The translations under genes and the position numbers were made by a program. A DNA stretch of 64,000 nt from Convolutriloba macropyga (Eukaryota): contig NC_134470.1 of the NCBI RefSeq assembly GCF_964194025.1, forward strand, positions 12,896,001 through 12,960,000, given 5' to 3'. Below, piece after piece: positions 12,798 through 24,300 of this stretch. Positions within the stretch are counted from its first letter, which is position 1. Every line of letters starts with the position of its first letter. The notes beneath the pieces were generated by a model. It did not search any database and was not told the origin of the DNA. It saw only the letters and a program-made list of their open reading frames with translations.

Positions 12798-15700
12798 TAC
12801 AAAAACAAAATAGAGCTTTTTAGCGGAAGAAGACAAATTTATCGGCGTTCAGCGATACTTCAAGTCCATAACGAAGTCAAAAACAATTCCCTCCAAAAAT
12901 TTTTGGGATCACCAAAAAAGAACAAAATCTGCCACACTTCATTTGTTTAACGAAAATTTCAAGTCATGTTCACGCAGGAAATGTGGTAAGATCGGCCATT
13001 CTGTTGTGCCAAGTTTGACCAGCAAAATGAGGTCCAATTTTTTTGTATAACGACTATCACAAAATGACAGCAAAAGAACCACACAAACTGTCCACAGAGA
13101 ACCACAAAAAATCACAAAAGTATCTAAACTTCACAAAATTCTTCTGAAACAAATTGTCTCAGCCCTGAAGACATCATTTAAAAAGTTTAAACAACAGAAA
13201 TTTTAATTTTTGATTCAACAAAACATTAAAAAGAGCTCTAAAAACGATACAATTTACAAAATGATTAAATAGTGTTTTTCCGATAGACTGTTCTGGGATA
13301 GCCGTGGTTATCCACTAAATGTTTATCCTTGGTGCAAGTTCATTGTCGCATGCGATTCGATCTTTACCCTGGTTTATCCGAAAAAGACTAAATCGTCACA
13401 TCCTTGCCATACACAGTTTGTGCTTCAATCAGAAAAAGAACAACAAACGGAAAACTGTTCATACTCCGGAGATCTCTGCGTCGTCGTAAGGACATTATTA
13501 TCTGGCACGATACGCTCAATAAATCGATGACTCAACATAGAAGTAACAACTTCACTCAGGTGTCGCCAGAAAGATTGAGGAAGATCTTATTGTCGTTTGG
13601 CAATCAGGTACAAGGGGTCGTCCATTGCACCCGTGAAGGTGCTCCAGATATTTGGGATCATATCAAAACCTTGAGAACCCAAGGTTTCCAAGTAGCAAAC
13701 ATTGTTCGTGGAATTCTGCCGAAGCAAAAATCTAACGATCCTGAAATCCTGATAGAGTATATTCAGTTGCATCAGAAACCTCTGTAGGAACTTCGAACGT
13801 TAGCAGCTGTGAAGAGAGTCAACTGTGAATTGAATCGCTTTGCCCAGAAAAAGAAAAGACTATCCAAAACTCGTCGCGAAAAATCACTTCGCGACCAAAA
13901 AATCACTAACAGCAAATAACTCTTGGTTCTCAGTTTATCATTTGATATAACTTGAAAACTCATCTTGTGCTACTTCGGACCGGTTTGAGTACAAAAACAA
14001 AGTAGAACTTTTTAGAGGAAGAAGACAATTTTATCGGCGTTCAGCGATACTTCAAGTCCATAACGAAGTCAAAGACAATTCCTTCCAAAAATTTTTGGGA
14101 TCACCAAAACAGAACCAAATCTGCCACAGTACACTTGCTTAACAAAAATTTCAAGCCATGTTCACGCAGGAAATGTGGTAAGATCGGCCATTCTGTTGTG
14201 CCAAATTTGACCAACAAAATGAGGTCCAATTTTTTTTTATAACGACTATCACAAAATGACAACAAAAGAACCACAAAAACTGTCCACAAAGAACCACAAA
14301 AGAACCACAAAAGTATCTAAACTTCACAAAATTCTTCTGAAACAAATTGTCTAAGCCCTGAAGATATCATTTAAAAAATTTAAACAACAGAAATTTTATT
14401 TTTTGATTCACCAAAACATTAAAAAGAGCTCTAAAAATGGTGCTAATTTACAAAAATTATACTATTTACAAAATGATTTAATAGTGTTTTTCAGATAGAC
14501 TGTTTTGGTATAGCCGTGGTTATCCCCTAAATGTTTATCCTTGGTGCTAGTTCATTGTCGCATGCGATTTGATCTTTACCCTGGTTTATCGAAAAAGACT
14601 AAATCGTCACATCCTTGCCATACACAGTTTGTGCTTCAATCAGAAAAAGAACAACAAACGGAAAACTGTTCATACTCCGGAGATCTCTGCGTCGTCGTAA
14701 GGACATTATTATCTGGCACGATACGCTCAATAAATCGATGACTCAACATAGAAGTAACAACTTCACTCAGGTGTCGCCAGAAAGATTGAGGAAGATCTTA
14801 TTGTCGTTTGGCAATCAGGTACAAGGGGTCGTCCATTGCACCCGTGAAGGTGCTCCAGATATTTGGGATCATATCAAAACCTTGAGAACCCAAGGTTTCC
14901 AAGTAGCAAACATTGTTCGTGGAATTCTGCCGAAGCAAAAATCTAACGATCCTGAAATCCTGATAGAGTATATTCAGTTGCATCAGAAACCTCTGTAGGA
15001 ACTTCGAACGTTAGCAGCTGTGAAGAGAGTCAACTGTGAATTGAATCGCTTTGCCCAGAAAAAGAAAAGACTATCCAAAACTCGTCGCGAAAAATCACTT
15101 CGCGACCAAAAAATCACTAACAGCAAATAACTCTTGGTTCTCAGTTTATCATTTGATATAACTTGAAAACTCATCTTGTGCTACTTCGGACCGGTTTGAG
15201 TACAAAAACAAAGTAGAACTTTTTAGAGGAAGAAGACAATTTTATCGGCGTTCAGCGATACTTCAAGTCCATAACGAAGTCAAAGACAATTCCTTCCAAA
15301 AATTTTTGGGATCACCAAAACAGAACCAAATCTGCCACAGTACACTTGCTTAACAAAAATTTCAAGCCATGTTCACGCAGGAAATGTGGTAAGATCGGCC
15401 ATTCTGTTGTGCCAAATTTGACCAACAAAATGAGGTCCAATTTTTTTTTATAACGACTATCACAAAATGACAACAAAAGAACCACAAAAACTGTCCACAA
15501 AGAACCACAAAAGAACCACAAAAGTATCTAAACTTCACAAAATTCTTCTGAAACAAATTGTCTAAGCCCTGAAGATATCATTTAAAAAATTTAAACAACA
15601 GAAATTTTATTTTTTGATTCACCAAAACATTAAAAAGAGCTCTAAAAATGGTGCTAATTTACAAAAATTATACTATTTACAAAATGATTTAATAGTGTTT

Positions 15701-17619
15701 TTCAGATAGACTGTTTTGGTATAGCCGTGGTTATCCCCTAAATGTTTATCCTTGGTGCTAGTTCATTGTCGCATGCGATTTGATCTTTACCCTGGTTTAT
15801 CGAAAAAGACTAAATCGTCACATCCTTGCCATACACAGTTTGTGCTTCAATCAGAAAAAGAACAACAAACGGAAAACTGTTCATACTCCGGAGATCTCTG
15901 CGTCGTCGTAAGGACATTATTATCTGGCACGATACGCTCAATAAATCGATGACTCAACATAGAAGTAACAACTTCACTCAGGTGTCGCCAGAAAGATTGA
16001 GGAAGATCTTATTGTCGTTTGGCAATCAGGTACAAGGGGTCGTCCATTGCACCCGTGAAGGTGCTCCAGATATTTGGGATCATATCAAAACCTTGAGAAC
16101 CCAAGGTTTCCAAGTAGCAAACATTGTTCGTGGAATTCTGCCGAAGCAAAAATCTAACGATCCTGAAATCCTGATAGAGTATATTCAGTTGCATCAGAAA
16201 CCTCTGTAGGAACTTCGAACGTTAGCAGCTGTGAAGAGAGTCAACTGTGAATTGAATCGCTTTGCCCAGAAAAAGAAAAGACTATCCAAAACTCGTCGCG
16301 AAAAATCACTTCGCGACCAAAAAATCACTAACAGCAAATAACTCTTGGTTCTCAGTTTATCATTTGATATAACTTGAAAACTCATCTTGTGCTACTTCGG
16401 ACCGGTTTGAGTACAAAAACAAAGTAGAACTTTTCAGAGGAAGAAGACAATTTTATCGGCGTTCAGCGATACTTCAAGTCCATAACGAAGTCAAAGACAA
16501 TTCCTTCCAAAAATTTTTGGGATCACCAAAACAGAACCAAATCTGCCACAGTACACTTGCTTAACAAAAATTTCAAGCCATGTTCACGCAGGAAATGTGG
16601 TAAGATCGGCCATTCTGTTGTGCCAAATTTGACCAACAAAATGAGGTCCAATTTTTTTTTATAACGACTATCACAAAATGACAACAAAAGAACCACAAAA
16701 ACTGTCCACAAAGAACCACAAAAGAACCACAAAAGTATCTAAACTTCACAAAATTCTTCTGAAACAAATTGTCTAAGCCCTGAAGATATCATTTAAAAAA
16801 TTTAAACAACAGAAATTTTATTTTTTGATTCACCAAAACATTAAAAAGAGCTCTAAAAATGGTGCTAATTTACAAAAATTATACTATTTACAAAATGATT
16901 TAATAGTGTTTTTCAGATAGACTGTTTTGGTATAGCCGTGGTTATCCCCTAAATGTTTATCCTTGGTGCTAGTTCATTGTCGCATGCGATTTGATCTTTA
17001 CCCTGGTTTATCGAAAAAGACTAAATCGTCACATCCTTGCCATACACAGTTTGTGCTTCAATCAGAAAAAGAACAACAAACGGAAAACTGTTCATACTCC
17101 GGAGATCTCTGCGTCGTCGTAAGGACATTATTATCTGGCACGATACGCTCAATAAATCGATGACTCAACATAGAAGTAACAACTTCACTCAGGTGTCGCC
17201 AGAAAGATTGAGGAGTATCTTATTGTCGTTTGGCAACCAGGTACAAGGGGTCGTCCAATGCACCCGTGAAGGTGCTCCAGATATTGGGGATCATATTAAA
17301 ACCTTGAGAACCCAAGTTTTCCAAGTAGCAAACATTGTTCGTGGAATTCTGCCGAAGAAAAATCTAACGATCCTGAATTCCTGACAGAGTATCTTCAGTT
17401 GCATCAGAAACCTCTGTACGAACCTCGAACGTTAGCAGCTGTGAAGAGAGTCAACTGTGAATTGAATCGCTTTGCCCAGAAAAAGAAAAGAGTATCTAAA
17501 GCTCTTCGGGAAAAATCATTTCGCGACCAAAAAACCACTAAGAGCAAATAACTCTTGGTTCTCAGTTTATCATTTGATATAGCTTGAAAACTCATCTTGT
17601 GCTACTTTGATTTGAGTAC
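12798..17619 (+). repeat. Tandem array of 4 x ~1211 bp units (flank + LINE-B 5' end/ORF0)
   Basis: The same ORF starts at 13404, 14615, 15826 and 17037 (period 1211); junctions gagtac|aaaaacaaa. Confidence 0.95.
13319..13919 (+). pseudogene. LINE-B ORF0, divergent SGNH-like (first array copy; others offset by ~1211)
   Basis: MFILGASSL..LAIHSL..(frameshift)..IIIWHDTLN..IQLHQ; order and spacing parallel the SGNH blocks. Confidence 0.5.
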
Positions 17620-17672
17620 CTGGGCCTTAGTATCACGTGCTGAATTTATGGGCTGAAGTATTGTGGGGCAAA

Positions 17673-18556
17673 ATGTCTCGCAACTCCGAGGGGAAATGCA
17701 AAACATGTAAAAGTCAAGTCAAAATAGGAGAAGCTGTATACAACTGTATCTCTTGTGGATTGAAGATGCACATGGAATGTGCTGGTTTGGAAGAGGACGC
17801 CATAAAGGTGCTCTCAAGTCTGCTTAGTAATCTTTTACTCCTGTGTAACGAATGCGTGAATAAAGGGAAGAAAGATCAAGTCATCCAGAAATCCACAAAA
17901 GAAAACGTGGAAGGAAAAAATGACGACAAGCTCAACGAAAGTCTGAAAAAGATGGAGAATTTCTAATCAAACGGATCGATCAGAAAATCGAAGCTGCTCT
18001 GGCAGGCAGCGATGCGAAGACTGAGAAATCCATGGAGAAAATCCTTGAAGAGAAGATAGTTAATTAAGTTCTGAATGTGCAAAAAACGTCTGACGAACAG
18101 AAGGAAGTACATCAAAATATCTTGAAAACCTTCAGAATTCAAGGAATTCCAGAAGACCTAGAAAAAACAAAAGATGAGATCTTGATTTCACTAAATGAGA
18201 ACAAAAAAGATATATTTGATGCAATTGAAATCAACACGACGGTTGAAAACGTGAGAAGATTTGGAAGGTTTGATAAAGAGCGCTCGAAGCCAAGGAGCGT
18301 TCTAGTAACTGTTCCCAACTGTTGGGACACACGGAGGATTTTAACTAAAGCTAGAGAAAAAAGGAAACTACTTTCTGACCGCGGTTTCTTTGTACTTCCA
18401 TCACTAACTAAGGCAGAATCCGAAAAAGAGAATATGTGTCTTATGAAGATATCTGAGATGATAGAGAACAGAACACCTGCAAACCAAATCAAAAATAGAA
18501 ACTTTGAACTGCTTCACAACGGTACAAAAGTCGATTTGGAAGAACCATCCGATTGA
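17673..18556 (+). pseudogene. LINE-B ORF1 (PHD finger, coiled coil, RRM-like C-terminal half), disrupted
   Basis: CKTC..CISC..MHMEC..CNEC; FRIQGIPE, RRFGRFDKERSKPRSVLV. Confidence 0.85.
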
Positions 18557-21345
18557 CTAGAAAATTTGAATCTGATGTTAGTAAATGCTCGTAGTCTTTT
18601 GAATTTTGATAGATGAATTAAGTTTGCAAATGCTGTGATGACCTGTAGATACACCATTGTCATCGTTACGGAAACATGGTGGAATAAAGACGTGGAAGAC
18701 TCTGAAATTACGCTTCCTGTGTATATCTTACTCAATTGTGAAAGAGCTGTCAACAAACACAGAGGTGTTTTGATAGCTATCCAGAGCATCATCACTGCAA
18801 AACGAATCAGTGACGATCTCCCGGTTGGATGTATTCTCACTATCGTTGACATACAACTGAAGAAACATCTTGTATGTGTCATCTACGATCCGCCACTGGG
18901 TAGCGCCTACAGATACATTTTAGCTGATTTTGAACAGGTACTCAGAGTTATTGAAGAATTCAAGCAATACGCATTTTTGATTTTCGGAGACTTCAACCTA
19001 ACAAAGGTCAACTGGAGCCTAAATCACAGTGCCGATGAGTACGAGCAATCGGTGATTGAAATTTTGAAAGACATAACTTTCACCAAATAGTGGACTTTAG
19101 TACTTGTGGAAAGAACACAATAGATATTGTGTTTGAACGGAAAGTGGAAAACACGACTGCCAAGATTGATCTTGTCTTCAGACACATGCTTGACGTTTCA
19201 GATCACGAACCGATATTAATATCGCTTAAAGAACACAAAGAAGAACGCAAAACCCATGTCTCCATTTATTTCAGCTTTGCAACGCCAATTGCGATGCGAT
19301 GCTGGAAGAAATGACCTTGTTCCCTTTCGAGGCTACATGCTTCACTAACATCGATCGCATGGTTGAAGAGTTTTATGATTACATTAAATCCTTAATAGAG
19401 AAACATAGTCCCAAACGTACTCAACATAGACAGCTTGTGCCTCCTTGGTTTTCTAAGGAGACCTCTCATACTATGAAGATGCTGAGCACTGCTCGGCGAG
19501 CCGAACGCAAGAAACCAAACAGCTTAGTGCTATCGGAAAAAGTTTTGAAACTAGCAAAATATGTTACTGGAACTTGCAGAAGAATTTAGGTGTCAGTATC
19601 AACAGAAACTTGTGACCACTCGTGATACGACAGTGATCTTCAAGCACTTAAAGAGTCTTAGAAAAACAGTAACTCAACCCAGAATACTTTCTCTAGAGGA
19701 AGAGACTGCCGATTCCACTCAACAGAAAGTAGGCCTGCTAAATAGGTATTTTCAGTCTGTATTTTCTGAGAAGACTGAAAACACGGTAGCCGATGACCTT
19801 CCGCACCCAAACCTAATAAGAGCAATCTTAACAAACCTTGATGTCTCAAAAACTCGAGGTCCAGATAACATTCCCTCCTGTTTCTTGAAGCAACTGGCTG
19901 AACCGCTCAGTTTATTCTTGAGCGCAGTCTTTAGGAACATCAAAAGATGAGGAAAAATCTCGAACTGTTGGAAAATTGGTGCTGAGTCGCCCATCCATAA
20001 TAAAGGCTGCAGAGCAAGTGTCAAAAATCACAGACCAGTGACTTTGCTGTATATAGTTTCGAAAGTACTCAAACGATGTATGTATGATCCGATCAAAAAG
20101 CAATTCTTGGATCATTTAATAACCAGTCAACATGGATTTGTGAAAAAACGATCCGTTGTGTCGAACATGCTCTATTTCTAGAACGACGTTCAAATTGCGT
20201 TGGCAGGAAACCCAAATTCGGTTTTTTCCTCATACACCGACTTCTCAAAAGCATTCGATAGGTCCCGCATCCTGAATTTTTGATCAAAGTAAGTTCAATT
20301 GGAGTGGGCGGGTTTGTACATAGTCTTCTCAAGGACTATTTATGTAATCCTACACAGTTCGTAAGATGTGATGGTGTCAGGTCGGACCTTCTACAAGTAT
20401 TAATTGGTGTTCCGCAGGGGTCCATTTTTGGCCCCTTACTCTTCTGCATCTTCACAAATGATTTGCCAACTTCCTTGATATTCAGCACCCCATATCTCTA
20501 TGCGGATGACGCAAAGTTCTTGTTTATTGACAAAAGTAACCAAGAAATTCAAAAAGAAGTTTACAGAAACTCACTTTGGGTATCCAGGAACAGAATGTCA
20601 CTTGCAACTGAAAAATGTTGTTATATAGCATTTAAGGGACAGTCCATCAGCCTTACGATGAATAACACTACAATAGAGCAATCCACAAAGGTGACTGACT
20701 GGGGAGTGCAGCTTACAGGTACCCTTAAAGCGTCAAAGCACCTCGAGTCCAGGCTTGCGAAAGCTAATCGAACTTTTGGTTTTCTGAAGAGAAACTTATC
20801 GAAGAATGTGGAAACGAGAGTGAAAAACTGTGCTTACAAATCCCTTTTTCTACTTTTGATTACTTTTGCTTCAGGCAGTTGTCACCCATCGCGTGGAAGT
20901 ATGAGACTAATGGAATGCTTTCAAAAACGTGCGTTGAAATGGATAACGGGCTATAGGAATGCGTCGTACTTCAAAAACATGGTATTCCTAAGATTACTTC
21001 CGATTCCTATGTTTTTGCAACTCAATGATTTACTTCTATTGTCTAGACTGTACCATGATAAAGAAAACATACTTTCGTTGATACAAACCTATGAACACCA
21101 ATATGGTAGAGTTAAAAGCAGATTATTCAAAATTCCAAAACCGAGAACCGAGAATTTCAAAGAGAACTTTTACTTTCGAACTGCCAAAACTGCCAACAAT
21201 CTGCCTGAAGAGATAGACTTTTGGGTGTCAAAAGACGTATTCTGTCATTCATGTGGGACCGTCTGATGTTGAACTTCAACGAAAGAGTAGTGTGTACATG
21301 GACCATTTTCTGAGATTGCTCCGATTGCAGAAAATGGTGGAATCA
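18557..21345 (+). pseudogene. LINE-B ORF2 (APE + RT), multiple stops and frameshifts
   Basis: Fragments 18635-19090, 19090-19314, 19299-19589, 19561-19950, 20280-21266; ends VVCTWTIF*DCSDC. Confidence 0.9.
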
Positions 21346-24300
21346 AAAACCAAAACTTTTATTAGAGCAATCCCCTCGGCTTGATGCCGAAAAGTCAAAA
21401 GAACAACAAAAAACAACAACAATAAGAAAAAAATGGCAAACCAGAACAAAAAGGGATAAGTTGAAGAAAGCTATTACCCTTTTTTTAGAAAATTAATTCG
21501 AAAGTCAAAACAGCCATTAGCTCTCTACCAAAATCAGTTATTTATGTTCAGTTGTTTATCTATAGTTGGCCACTGAGACCTTTAGTTACACAATATATGG
21601 CATATGACAACAAAAATCAACAGCAAATAAGGGGCAAATAAAAAAAACTCTATCAGTTTCTGCAAGAGAACGGTGTCGCAGCCCTTCAAACCATATGTTA
21701 TAAAAACAAGAATTATGTGAAGTTCAAAATTTTGTAAAGCTTCGTACAATTAGATTGTTAAATAATGTGACAATTTACAAAAGAAACAAAAACAACAGCA
21801 AAAATGGGCAATTATGCACAAAAATCAGAAAATTTTGTTTGAAAACTTGTAGTGGCAAAAGCAAGAAGACCTTCTGTTAAAACAATCAGCCTCAAAATTA
21901 GTTTTTATTCTATACGGAGGAGCAGTTGACCTGTACTTACTGAGAATAGGCAATATGTTGACTTGAATATCAGAAAAAATTGACAAGTTCAAAAAATCAC
22001 AGAAATTTTCTTAAAACAAATTCATTCAATAACAAAAGAGACATTATGTAACAACCGAATGAAAAAAAAAGGTTCATTTGCACCTATCCACAGATCTTTG
22101 AGTGGTCATACTTAAAAATCAGACTGCCAAAAGAATAAGAATTGAAGGCAAAGGACAAGAATTCAGTTAAATTTAACTAAATCTCTTCCTCATATAAAAA
22201 CCCTTTGGTTCTCTGAAAACAAACTGTATCTACATTCGGCCTCAAATTTACGAATGTAGCTGTCATTAACGAAGCCGTGAAAAAAATGTTGTCTGTAATT
22301 AAGATTAAAAGAACAAAAGCAAAATATTTTGAAAGGCAGGATCAAAATAAAAATTAAAAAGTCTCTGATTCTAAGAGTCCATGATATTATCGAACATCTC
22401 CCTGATTTTTTCGCGCGCCCTGCAAACCGATCAAGTGTTCCAAATATTTGCGAATTAGACCTATTGTTGAGTGGAATTCTTCAAATATTGAAAGAAAAGA
22501 TTCATTTTGTATAATTATCGAGTAAAATCTGCAGAAAACGACAAGGTTTTAATTCCAGAAGCTTTCATACGGCGCCTAATTGCAACTAGCGCTCTTTTTG
22601 AATTTAGGAAGTCTGTGTTAAAGTTTCTAGTCACTAAGTCAAACTTTAGTCAAACTAAGTCAAACTATGGCAAACTTTAACAAAGTGGACGAAAAAAGCA
22701 TATTTTGTGCCATTTTTGATGAAAAAAGATTGAATTTTGATAATTTTATCAACAATTTTTGCCAAAAAAACTGCAATGAAACAATTCAGCAACGCCAGTG
22801 AGTATATGAAAAACCCATTTGAGTATATAGTTCTTCTCTCCCCACTAAAGTGGGGGTCGGAACAATAAACACTTCGGATTTTATAATCAAGGATTTCGAG
22901 CACTTTTTTTACATAAATGACTGATTATAGAGACGCCTTTTTCCGAGTTATGAGCTGTTCCTATTCCAATCATCTTGGTCGTTTTTTGTGCTTCTTTCGA
23001 TGTTCATAATATTGTTCACAATTTTTTTATGTTTATCACGCATTTCATCATCCCAATTTGCTTGGTTCGATGTTTCTGCGGATTTGTAGATTGTTTTTTA
23101 CATATTGGATGCAAAAATTAAATCATACCATCTACTCAGACGTCTGCATTTCAAACACCAAACTATTGGTCAAGACTTTGAAACTTAGGACATTTTGTTA
23201 AAGTTTTTGGTTTTTTGATTCTTTAAGACTTTTTACTGAAATCCAAAAAAATCTTAAAACTTTTCATTTTCATCTGTTTTTTTGCCAAAAAATTGATAAT
23301 TAAGTCAGTACTGTTTATGCAAGTTTTCTTGAAAAATGTGATTGCTCTTAAAAATTTTCAAAGAGTGCTCAACAATTTTATGAAGTTTGTCCAACGCGAA
23401 GGGCATTTTGCCAAAAAAGCTACACACTCTTGAGTTCCAACATTTCCTAAAACTATCACCTTAACCCTAGTTTTGTATTTAAAATGGCTTTTATGATACC
23501 ACTTAATCTGCATGAGAAACTCAATTGCTGCCTGCAGCCCTCCGTATGTATTCTTTTAGTCCGACTCGAAGGCACAAAATTTTTGATAAAGTGCTTAAGT
23601 ATAGCACCAAAGAAACAAAACACCTGAAATAGAATATGAGGAACTATTATCCACCTGCAAATCAATTAAAACTTCCAAACTTCCAAAAAAGAGTGAATTT
23701 GAAAAAAACAATAGAAAGCAGACAGAGACAAGAACAAAAATTAGTCTCAAATACTCTCAATGCACTATATATCGAAAAGTGTTTAATGGAGAGAAAATGC
23801 AATTTATTGGAGTAAACTTCTTGATATATGCAGAGCAAATCAATAATCATGAAATGTGAGAGAAGAGAAAGCTTGAACAAAGTATCAAACCGATACTGAA
23901 GTAAATCGATTTCTTTGCCACAGAATAAAAAATTTCAACTATATTCTGCGAGAAATGTATACTGTCATGAAAGGGACAAACACAAGGAAACAAGTACAAA
24001 AAAATTCGAATAATTGGAAAAATCTACCCAAAGTTCTAGAGTATTTCATAAATTTTTGGCTATTTTCATCACAATGCAAGGAATGTTTGGCACTCAAATT
24101 AAATTGAAAACATTCCACTGAGAAAATTTGGCTCATTAAACCTGAAAATCATTTAAAATGTGAAACTTTTAAGATTTGAAAAAATATCGAAAATGTTTCC
24201 AACTTTGGTACCAATTCTGGTTTCCTGCTAAGTTACCAGATATCAAAATCAACAACTCTAAAATTTTTTATGATTTGTGTTGTTTCTGAATCTTTAATCT

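Larger units (their letters stand above)
16905..21422 (+). mobile_element. Decayed CR1/L2-like LINE, family B (ORF0 16953-17551, ORF1 PHD, ORF2 APE-RT, (CAA)n tail)
   Basis: VNARS, VTETW, GDFN, SDHEP, GPDNIP, KAFD, GVPQGSIFGPLLF, YADDAK; tail aacaacaac near 21403-21422. Confidence 0.92.
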
